Translations under genes and position numbers: made by a program
From: Diplonema japonicum
Lineage: Eukaryota > Protista > Euglenozoa: Diplonemea
Direction: 5' to 3'
Assembly (NCBI GenBank): GCA_964019335.1
Contig: OZ025666.1
Location: 434,001-498,000, forward strand
Length of the DNA stretch: 64,000 nt
Shown: positions 1-8,978 of the stretch, one piece after another
Layout: every line of letters begins with the position of its first letter
How positions within the stretch are numbered: position 1 is the first letter of the stretch
The notes under the pieces: model-generated
Told to the model about the DNA's origin: nothing
Seen by the model: only the letters and a program-made list of their open reading frames with translations
Databases searched by the model: none

Positions 1-258
1 GAACGGTGTTGGGAAGGTGTTTGTTGAGTACTGGACATCGGACGAAGCGCATGCTGCGCAGGTTGCTCTTGCTGGGAGGCACTTTGATGGGCGTACTGTA
101 ATCACATCCTTCCTTCCTGAAGAATGGTTCCATGAGCAAACGGTGTGTTGGGGGGGGGGGGAAAAATTATTTTTTTTCAGGAGGGTGGTGGTGAGTCTTT
201 CGATGAGATTATGAAATCCCTTGAAGGTGGCGGTGAGATTAGGCAGATCGAAGGGTAG
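1..258 (+). CDS. 3' end of a U2AF65-like protein (C-terminal UHM/RRM); 5'-partial; intron 143-180
   Basis: GVGKVFVEY...AQVALAGRHFDGRTVITSF matches the U2AF65 RRM3/UHM pattern. Removing the 38-nt GT..AG intron gives EGGGESFDEIMKSL...IEG* ending at 258. Confidence 0.75.
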
Positions 259-721
259 AAGGAACTGAAGATAAAAAAAGTGGAGGGGGGAGGCAAAGGC
301 TTGGTCGTTTGGGATATATTAAAAAAAAAAGAAAACCAATGTTAGTGTTTTAAGATGAAAAAAAAAAAAAAGTGTGTTGTTTTATTAAATACTTCAAGAC
401 AGAAATTGACGTCAATGGACTACCACCTGAAAGGACCTTCCAAGGAAGACTTGGGGGCAGAATAACCAGGCGAAGAGTCAAGTTACCCCAACACCAGGAA
501 AAAAATTTATTTTATCCCCTCCCATGGTCAAAGGCCTGTGCTTGTAACACTACTTTAAGCCACGGCTAAACAGGTTTTCTCTCTCTTTATTTTTTTTTTT
601 TTATTTTATTTTTTCTCCCTTTTTCTACGAGTCACCCCCCTCTTTTTTTTCACATAAACTAGAAATGTTTAAAACAAAAAAGAAAAGGACGCAAAAAAAA
701 GAAATTTGAAAAAAAAATATA

Positions 722-1713
722 ATGAATCATAACGTGTTTATAACAGAGGTAGGTATACCCGCACCAGGTCTTCCTGGACCAATAGTAAGCGAGAGCATGA
801 GAGACACTCGAATACCAAGAAGGGAAATGGTGAAGAATATATATGACTTCCCAAGGTATAAAGAAACGTTACAGAAAGAAAAAGAGGGAAAAAAAAGAAA
901 AAAAAAAAAAAAAAACCCACCCAGCGTACAAAATTTAAAAGTTGAAAACGGAGACAATCTACCTTGGAGGTACAAAATTCGTCCGCCGGGAAGGGCACCT
1001 GTTTTTAGAATGGCACAGGTATGGATTTTTTTTTTTTTTTTTTCCCCGAAAATTTCAAAAAAAAAAAAAAAAAAAAAAAAAAGGGTAAACGGCATACTCA
1101 TCAAGCACAGAGAATGGCACGGCACCAAGCCATATTCCCTCCAGGGGTTGATGAGAATCAAGGCGGGATGATAAGAATGTTGTCAGAAGCAAAACGGAAG
1201 GAGATAAGCTGTCGGTTGCCCAATGTACGGGCAGCTCCGGAGCGGTGTGAGGAGCTGTGTGAGATCCCTGAATGCAGCAGAAGCCCTTCTGTCGTTTCGG
1301 TGCCCTCTTCTCATTCAGTTAAAAAGAAGATTTTGCGCGAGAGGTTGTCAAAGGAGAGCATGGCTGTAATTGAGTCTCGCTCGGGGATTGAAGTCCCGTT
1401 GCAGCCCCCTACCCCATCTGCCCCACCTCCTATCCCTTGCACACCGATTGCGTCCTCCGTCGTTAGCAACTCTTCGGCCTATGATAATTTAACTTCCGTT
1501 TCTCTCCGTACCCCTCAGACCTCTGCCCACTCCACAAACCTGCAAAGCGGGATTAATCGGTTGCAAAAGAACCTTTTGGAGGAGCAAAGTTACAAAAAAG
1601 AAGTGCAAGACGAGCTCAAATCGCTCAAAGTCCGGCAGGAAGCACTCATCGCAGTCCTCTCCCCAACAGAGAGAGAGGAGCTCCAGAGAAACCTGGCCTC
1701 GAGAGCATCTTAA
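722..1713 (+). CDS. Hypothetical protein with C-terminal coiled coil; introns 856-924 and 1019-1083
   Basis: Two GT..AG homopolymer-filled introns (69 and 65 nt) join ORFs 722 and 1021 in frame and remove the poly-K/F stretches. Confidence 0.75.
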
Positions 1714-1741
1714 AAAAAAAAAGAAAAAAAGTAGTTTTTTT

Positions 1742-1875
1742 GGTGGTGGGGATAACATGGAAATATAAGAAGTACATCAGATGTGTTGTTCGCTGTTGAC
1801 CTCCTCGTCGGTCATCACCGGTAGCGCCCGAGTGGAAGAACATAATGCAGATGCTCAGGGTGACGAACAGGCAGC
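1742..1875 (+). ncRNA. HDV-like self-cleaving ribozyme (predicted cleavage 5' of G1742)
   Basis: P1 GGUGGUG(1742-48)/CAUCACC(1813-19); P2 GCUGUUG(1792-98)/CAGGCAGC(1868-75, one bulge); P3 ACC(1799-1801)/GGU(1810-12); L3 UCCUCGUC; P1.1 CC(1803-04)/GG(1820-21); P4 CGCCCGAGU/GCUCAGGGUG; J4/2 aCGAA with C1864 at the catalytic position. Confidence 0.75.
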
Positions 1876-2060
1876 AAACTGCACGAGCGCAGAATCTTGG
1901 TTACCCGGGACGCACCGGCTGGGGTTGAGCTGTACACCGCACGCATTAAGGACACGACGCGGAACGCAGAAGAAGCTACAACTCGGCCGCGGTGCGCCCC
2001 CTGTAATCAAGTAGACAGTTCTTGTGCAGGGCGCCGCCAACACCGGCCTCCTTTAACTCA
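1742..2060 (+). mobile_element. Ribozyme-headed, structured SINE/SIDER-like repeat; decayed relatives at ~29279-29322, 59848-59990, ~60632-60668
   Basis: Shared strings GGTGGGGATAAC..GGAAATATAA, CATCAGATGTGTTGTTCGCTGTTG, GGTAGCGCC.GAGTGGAAGAA and GGGCGCC..CAACAC.GGCCTCCTT. Long hairpin at 1880-2028. Mobile origin is inferred. Confidence 0.6.
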
Positions 2061-2194
2061 TATTTTTTTTTTTTTAGTCGTGTATTATAAAGAATTTTTT
2101 TTTGAATTTTTTCCCCCCCCCCTCGTTGTAAACGCAAAAATTTAAGAAAAAAAGAAAAAAAAAAAAGGTTCATCAAAAAAGAAAAAAAAAAGAA

Positions 2195-2449
2195 ATGGGT
2201 TTCCTCGACGCCGACATCCTGTACCCCTCCTTGAAGGACCAGAAGAATGCCCACAAGCGCAAGAGGCTTGTACAGGGCCCTAAGTCCAACTTCCTCGATG
2301 TGAGGTGCAGGTGCAACAACGTTACCACTGTCTTCTCCCACGCCGCAACTGTGGTGGTCTGCGGCCGATGCAGCGAGATCCTTGCCCAGCCCGCTGGCGG
2401 CAAGGCCCGTTTGACTGCTGGGTGCAGCTTCCGTGCCAAGCACGAATAA
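2195..2449 (+). CDS. RPS27: 40S ribosomal protein S27 (eS27)
   Basis: [16 protein letters not shown]...TTVFSHA...C..C...[17 protein letters not shown]; the N-terminus MGFLDAD resembles the euglenozoan form. Confidence 0.95.
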   Translation: MGFLDADILYPSLKDQKNAHKRKRLVQGPKSNFLDVRCRCNNVTTVFSHAATVVVCGRCSEILAQPAGGKARLTAGCSFRAKHE

Positions 2450-2643
2450 AAAAGGAAAAAAAAATAAAAATAAAATAAGAATACGAGGAAGGAAGGATTA
2501 AAAAAAAAAAAAAAAAAAATATTTTATAGGAACCCCATGATCAAATAAAACTTTCTTTGAGTCGGCAAAAAAAAAAAAGATTTTTTTTTTTTTTTTTTTT
2601 CCCTCTCTCCAATGTACACATCACCAGGAAGGGGGGAAAACCT

Positions 2644-4686
2644 ATGATACTTGTACAGGTTTTTTTAACAGCCTTGTCGCAAGCAAACACTACGACAGCG
2701 ACATTGTTACCCCCGTTAGAGGATGATGAAGGCTGCGACTGGGCAAAGTTCCAGGACACGATCTGCCTCGACGAAATAGACAGCGAATGGTGGGGCTTCA
2801 CCATTGAAATCCTAATCCTTGCTATCACGTTTCTCGGCCTGGCCATCGTCTGCGACGAATACCTCGTCCCGTCTTTGGAAACACTGTGCTTAAGAATGCA
2901 TATAAGAGAAGACATAGCCGGGTGTACATTTCTCGCATTCGGGTCCTCTGCTCCTGAGATCATCGTGAATTCCCTCGCTACATTGAAACAAACAGATGGT
3001 TCCACCGACCTTGGGATAGGAACTATCATCGGTTCAGGGATGATAGCTTTCACTTTGATACCGGGGCTTTGCGGGGTGTCTGGTGGTGCGGAACAACCTT
3101 TACTCCTCAAAAGACGGCCGATAGCCCGGGATACCATAGGGTACCTAGCAGGGCTGACCCAGTTGGTGTTTTATTTCGATGATGGTGAGATCACAACTAT
3201 GGAGTCTGCGATGCTTGTCGCGTCATTTGTTGTTTACATATTGGTCGTGTTGATGTCACCTATGGTGCGGAGGCGTTTCTGTCTTTCACAGCAGAACAGC
3301 GTTCTGACGGAGAGCAGCGTGCTGCTTTCCGACGCAACGCATCGCGGTTCACTAAACAAACCAAAGCCTGTGCGATTCCTCGACCGTTCGGGCAACGAAA
3401 CCATCGTCCCTGTAATCGGCCCGATTTTTTCCACAAGCAAACAAGACATTGGATCAGACACATCAGCCTTACACATCAAGCTCGGCAATCCCGTCACACT
3501 TCTCGTCGAAGGCGATATTTCAAGCCGCATCTTCTTAGAAAACACCGGAGCTGTTCGTATAATCACAGACATACAGGACCTGCTCCAAGAACGGGGTATA
3601 CTCACCACAATGGAATGGGAGGTCGGTTCGAAGATTGAAGTGTACAACAGGAAGACGAAGAGCTTCGTGGAGGGCACCATCACGGGGAAGTTTTTGGAGT
3701 ACAACACGTACTCCGTCCGCCCGTTGAACCCGATCAAAAAGGAGCTGGAGCACATCCCGTTTGCGGACATACGGCCCACGCAGGACCTTCTGCCAGGGTT
3801 CATAGCGAAGATACAAAACCCGTCGTCGGCTTTAAAAAGCAGGAAGAACATGCTGCTTCACGCTTACGAACACGGTGCGCTATCGGAACAACAGTACGAC
3901 GAGGCAATGGGAGTTCTGGAGACGAAGATCGACCTCCTCGATGATGGGTTGTCGTCATCGTCGAACGCGGTTTCAACGGTTTCGGAGTTCAGACGGAAAT
4001 GGTGGAAGGATGTCGACACCAACGGTGCGGACAGACCGTTGTGGAAGCGGTTTTTCATGGGGTTCGTCACGACGTGGAGGTGCGTGTTCAAGTGGACCAT
4101 CCCAGTGAAGGAGACAGAGGACACGGATTCCACCGACGACGACGATGGCTCTCAAGAGGAGCGCACCTTCAACTCCCGGTACCCATTCACCATGATAGCC
4201 TCGTTGATGTGGGTTGCCTTGCTGTCCTTCATCATCGGAACTGTCGCAGAACGATGGGCCGACCTCAGCGGGCTTGGAACCTCCTTCGTCGGGATTCTGT
4301 TGATCTCCATCGGAGCAGAGGTCCCGGACTGCGTTTCATCCCTCGCTGTTGCAAAACGTGGGTACGGGTCAATGGCAGTCGCAAACTCACTGGGGTCCCA
4401 AAATATCAATATTTATATTGGTCTGGGCCTGCCGTGGCTGATCTCAAACCTCATTAACCAGGGTAAGAGCGACGGGGACCACATTACGATTGATGATCCG
4501 ACCTCTCTCAGGGCGGCTGCTTTGTTTCAGTATGGTGGGGTGGCCACGAACTTCGTCTTGATCCTCGGGGTTGCTGTGGCTGCCCAGGCCAGCAAAGCCA
4601 CGCTGTCCTCTAAGAAAGGCTACGTTTTGGTGGCGGCTTACTTCGTCGTGCTTTCGGGGTACGCTTCTTACACCTTTGCAACGTGA
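2644..4686 (+). CDS. Na+/Ca2+(-K+) exchanger, CaCA/NCKX family
   Basis: Alpha-1 repeat LAIVCDEY..PSLE..AGCTFLAFGSSAPE..GTIIGS; alpha-2 repeat GAEVPD..SSLAVAKRGYGSMAVANSLGSQNINI; two TM clusters around a large loop. Start placed at ATG 2644. Confidence 0.9.
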   Translation: MILVQVFLTALSQANTTTATLLPPLEDDEGCDWAKFQDTICLDEIDSEWWGFTIEILILAITFLGLAIVCDEYLVPSLETLCLRMHIREDIAGCTFLAFGSSAPEIIVNSLATLKQTDGSTDLGIGTIIGSGMIAFTLIPGLCGVSGGAEQPLLLKRRPIARDTIGYLAGLTQLVFYFDDGEITTMESAMLVASFVVYILVVLMSPMVRRRFCLSQQNSVLTESSVLLSDATHRGSLNKPKPVRFLDRSGNETIVPVIGPIFSTSKQDIGSDTSALHIKLGNPVTLLVEGDISSRIFLENTGAVRIITDIQDLLQERGILTTMEWEVGSKIEVYNRKTKSFVEGTITGKFLEYNTYSVRPLNPIKKELEHIPFADIRPTQDLLPGFIAKIQNPSSALKSRKNMLLHAYEHGALSEQQYDEAMGVLETKIDLLDDGLSSSSNAVSTVSEFRRKWWKDVDTNGADRPLWKRFFMGFVTTWRCVFKWTIPVKETEDTDSTDDDDGSQEERTFNSRYPFTMIASLMWVALLSFIIGTVAERWADLSGLGTSFVGILLISIGAEVPDCVSSLAVAKRGYGSMAVANSLGSQNINIYIGLGLPWLISNLINQGKSDGDHITIDDPTSLRAAALFQYGGVATNFVLILGVAVAAQASKATLSSKKGYVLVAAYFVVLSGYASYTFAT

Positions 4687-4839
4687 GCTGTACTTCTGTG
4701 TGCGGTAAATGCCGTCGGGTCAATGCGTAAACATAAAAACCTACTTTTTACAGTGTGAGCACATGCGGAGTGGCTGCTCCTTGTTGGGTTGTGTGAGTGT
4801 ACAAGAAAATAGATCAAAAAATAGCTATTTATTGCCAAC

Positions 4840-4948
4840 AAATAATGAGTCATTATTTAACTCGAGTTCCCGAATTTTTTCCACGGCGAGACTCATTTTT
4901 CCACTCTGAAGGGCCATTATTTAACTGCAAAATCTCATTATTTAACTA
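4840..4948. repeat. Three copies of CATTATTTAACT plus an inverted half-copy (AAATAATGAG)
   Basis: The motif is seen at ~4850, ~4915 and ~4936 in the NCKX 3' flank. Confidence 0.6.
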
Positions 4949-5008
4949 GTTAGCCCCTAATGAGTGAAGAAAATGACGATGAGTGAAATAAAAAAAAAAA
5001 AAAAAAAA

Positions 5009-5096
5009 TTGTTGCAAATATTTTATCTTTCAAAAAAGAAAAAAAGATTTTATAATTATATGCAACTTGTGTCGAGCAAGATTATTTCGCAGCTTT
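5009..5096. repeat. Dispersed repeat; inverted diverged copy at ~40191-40276
   Basis: TTGTTGCAAATATTTTATCTTTCAAAAAAGA..TTTTATAA..TGCAACTTGTGTCGAGCAA..CGCAGCTTT aligns to the reverse complement of 40191-40276. Confidence 0.6.
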
Positions 5097-5989
5097 TTTT
5101 TAGCTACGGACGACGTACCTAGAAAGCAAGACGATCTTTTTTTAAGTATATTTTGTCTGAGGTTTAGCAACCCTCTTAACTACTCCTCGTTCCTTCGATT
5201 TCTTTTTTTTTTTTTTAAATTGGTGCTGCAGTGGTCTTTGATAACAATTCCTTTTCCACCTTTCGTGAGATTTTTTTGTTAACTTGAAAGTGCGGCATGT
5301 AATCTGTTTCTACTTGTTTTTTTTTTTCTTCTTTTTTTTTTTTTTTCCGCCCGCAAAAGACCCACGAGTATGGGACATTAGTAGCCCTTCAAAAGGTGTC
5401 TCTTGCCAGACCTTCTTCTTTTTTGCAGGAACGGGTCTTTGACTGTCACTTGTCTAAAAGGGAATGCCTGGTATATACCTCGCAAACAATTTTGCGAACT
5501 CAAAAAGAAATCTATTTTAAACAAAAAAGGAGAAGGAATATATGGTGTCTTTTCTCAAAAGTTTTTTTATAAAGTATTTATTTTTTCTAACTGTGGTTTC
5601 GGTCCGGCTAACTGTGATGAAATTGTATCGTGTGTAATAAAAAAAAAAAAAAAAAAAAAAAAGGAAGAAACTACTTTTTTGTTTTCGTCTTTTCCTTTCC
5701 TGTTTTTTTTTTTTTTTATCGGCAGAGTTTCCGAGTCACGGCATCATTCTTGTACATTTCTTTTTTTAAAAAAAGTCTGAATTTATTTTTGTTTATGGCT
5801 AACCTATCTGCTGCAACGCCACAGCTTTTTTTTATTCTTACTTTGAGTAGAAAGAGAAAAAAAAGAAAAAGCCAAGCGACTTTTTATTTTATTTTTTTTG
5901 CCTTCAAAAACTAGTTTGGCGCTCCATTTGATTGTGCGCACGAGCGGTTATCGAACCTTTTTGCTTCGAGCTGATATTCACTAAGTAAC

Positions 5990-6145
5990 ACGAACGAGTC
6001 CTTTTTTTTTTTTTTGACTCAACAAGAGAAAGGGAACGTTGGCATCGTGTTTACCGGACACAGCCAGTTCTTCTTTTTTAAAAGAAAAGCAAGAACGAGT
6101 CTTTCGACTCAGCAAACAAAGGAGGACGTTGGCAACGTGTTTACT
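5990..6145 (+). repeat. Two tandem fragments of the 58569-58866 structured repeat family (another fragment at ~5425-5465)
   Basis: GAACGAGTC..GACT..AACAA..GGGAACGTTGGCA.CGTGTTT occurs twice. Confidence 0.65.
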
Positions 6146-6365
6146 CCCTCTTCCACCCCGCATGTTCTTTCCCCCCCCCCCAAGAAAAAAGCCCGAATTG
6201 GAAGAATATTATGTGCTATCTCCCTTTTTTTTTGTTATCTTCCACACAATTTCTAACCAAAAGAAAAAAAAAAAAAAGCACCAAAAGGGAAAAAAAAGGT
6301 ACACAAAAGAACTCCGTGCGGGGGGGGGGGGGGGGGAAACGGGGGGGGGGGAAAAAAAGAAAAAA

Positions 6366-8808
6366 ATGCAAAACCTAGAAGAATACCTCAAGACACGAGG
6401 CTGCTTTTCGACTGAGGAGGTACAAGGCGCCCGCAAGGCAGTTGAATGTGGTGTATTAAATGAGTACTGCTTGGGCAAGGGAGACCCTCTAATAGAAAGG
6501 CTAGGGAAATCCCTGGCAGAAGGCACAGACGAGGTGAAGGCAGAGGCCTTACACATGGCGGCAAGGCTGTCTTGCAACCCTGCCAACACGGAACCGTTGA
6601 TGTTCATGGTGGAAGAGGCGGGGGATGGGTTGGAGAAGTTTACTGTCCAGCACTCCGAGCTTGACGGCCATCGTGACAAGGAGAACGATGCCATCTATCG
6701 CGACTTGGTGTCATTCCTCATGACCACCTCAGGGTATACCTTCCGGGCCACACAGTTGTTAGAGCTGACTGATGGTTCCATGTCTACATCTTTCGCAGCG
6801 ATATCTGCTGTGCTCCGTGGGCCTTTCGGGCAACCACCCATAGCATCCCTTCTTCAAGGCGATCCTTTGTACTTTGAAGCTTCGATACAACGTGTAGCGT
6901 GTGCTATTCGTGTTCTGCGGGATTTTACAACGTGTGATGCGTACTTCCAGTCGACTGATTCGCGTGACTATCAGAGCATCGACATTGGTGTGCTGAACAA
7001 GGAGTTTGCTCACTCTGTCTCTGAGGTGTCGCGCTCGCTTCTCCAGTACCCCATCCTCGATCTTATAACCGTGCATCTCGAAGAGTGGTTTCAAGCCATT
7101 CGGAAGTCGTGCACCACGCAGATGACTAGCATTCTCAAGTTGTGTGGTACCTCCTCCGCGCTTCGCCCCCCGCAAGCCGGCGCCACTATCAAGCTCCTCA
7201 AACACCTCGAGATAAGCATTACCTCTGCCCTGTCCATGATCACCAACCTCCTTACCTACACCACCGAATTCAGCGCCAGGCTCAGGAAGCACATCGCCAA
7301 TCAAACCATTCTCATCCAGGTATTCCATTTTTCTGTTTTGTTAATTCATTGTTCGCCACAGAACCTTGTCTTGCCGTACGTGTTGTTTCTATGCGATACA
7401 CTTGAAGAGCCGCACACTGAAGAAGACAACGAGCACCTTGCTTCGTGTGTCAGGCAGATTTTGTACATCGTGAAGGTATGCCTTGCGTCATTGGGGTGTC
7501 ATGTTGCACTTGCAGGTTCTTAGCTTTGTGACGTTTCGTGTAAAAGTCTTCAGGAGCTGGTTTAGAACGAAGAATTTCACGGACAGGCTTCTGCGCAGCG
7601 AGGTGCTGATGGCCTCGAATCTCAAAACGGAGGTCGTTGCGCTGCTGGCACGTCTCAGCGTCAACGTGGACGTGGCTGACGACACACACGAGCGGGGCGA
7701 CGAGGTGCTGCTGCTGTTCAGAAAGGTGTACGACGAGATGCCCGATGCAGAGCAGGCACGGCTGGCGTGCATCCTGACGAGCCCCGTGGAGATCATGTAC
7801 CCTGTCAACAAGTTCAGCAAAACATACAAAGAGCTGAAATACATGTGGACCGACAACAAAGCCATTGTGCCCACCGACTCCCCGCCGAGCTCGGCATTTA
7901 AGTTCTCGTTCGACTTCTCGCCAGGGTCGGCTACCTTCGCGATCGGCTCCGGAGGAAGCGAGAGGGGCGGGCGAAGGGCAGGTGGATCACGGTCAAGAGT
8001 GCAACGCAATACTCGCTGGCGTCCTTACCAGACCGTGAGGCACAAGCAGAAGCAGCGACGCTTGCTGGAAAAGAGATGGGCGGCTCTACATCATAACAAA
8101 ACCAAAAAAGCACGCGAGAGAAGACAGCCTGAAGAAGTGCAGAAGACATCAGTACCAGAACCTGAACCCGAGCCTGAGCCTGAATCAATTCAGGAAGATT
8201 CTGACTCCGAGAGCGAAGAACGGAAAGAGGTGCTCACCATGCAGACGGGTAGTGTACGTGCAAAGCTGCAAGAGGCCTCAAAACCAGAGGCAACTAGACC
8301 GCCTGAGCCGTCGTGGGCACGAAGCAGTACGAAAGGGGTTGATGGCAAGCAGAACGATCTCGTTACTGTCTTCAAGCCGACGAAGTTGGCGCCGCTGCAG
8401 CATCCCTCCGGAGTGGTCATGAACAGTGTGTTTGGTGACAAAAAGCGTGGAGAGGAGGAACCGCAGGCAGAGGTATCTCACGAGACAAGGATTATTTGGC
8501 AACCAGAGACACAGCTGGCAAGCGTAACATCCGAAGACGAAGATGACAAAGGAAAGGGCAAAGCTCCTCCTGAGGGGATCCCCTCGTCCTTCCTGTGCGC
8601 ATTCACACACCAGATGCTTGTGAATCCCGTGATATCGCCTTACGGTGATGTTTTCGAGAGGGGTCCCATCCTCAAGTGGCTGAAGGACAACAATACCTGC
8701 CCCATCACCAACCAGGCGCTCACCGTCGAGGACCTCATCTTTGACCACAGCTTGAAGTCTGACATCGCCGAGTACCGCCTGAAGAACACGATCCAAAACT
8801 CCCTGTGA
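6366..8808 (+). CDS. U-box E3 ubiquitin ligase-like protein with helical N-terminus; introns 7320-7361 and 7476-7515
   Basis: C-terminal IPSSFLCAFTHQMLVNPVISPYGDVFERGPILKWL...TCPIT.Q.L is a U-box. The 40-nt intron joins ORFs 6039 and 7483 in frame. Confidence 0.85.
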
Positions 8809-8978
8809 GGTCTTTTTGATAAGCAAGGACCTTATGTAGACCTTCCACACGCATAACGAGTCCCTCCCCACTCCCCCAACATAACACCCATTCCCTTAAT
8901 TTAACTGCGAGTTTTGCCTCTTTGCAGTGAATAGAATATCGCTTAGAATATTTCTCACAGGATGGAGGTGGGGGTGGG

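Noticed and set aside
1880-2028. 7SL, RNase P/MRP or telomerase RNA identity for the long hairpin
   Set aside because: No convincing SRP helix-8 motif, P4 consensus or telomeric template was seen.
2029-2056. Second HDV ribozyme starting GGGCGCC..GCC-TCCT
   Set aside because: No P3/P1 3' strands, P4 or J4/2 follow.
5067-6365. ORFs and N-terminal extensions rich in poly-K/F/G/P (also 23545-23862, 55.1-62.4 kb)
   Set aside because: They are translations of homopolymer runs with no domain signal; starts were moved to the downstream ATG.
7320-7523. Apparent frameshifts or recoding between consecutive ORFs
   Set aside because: Each one is resolved by a short GT-AG intron of the right phase; no programmed frameshift or alternative code is needed.
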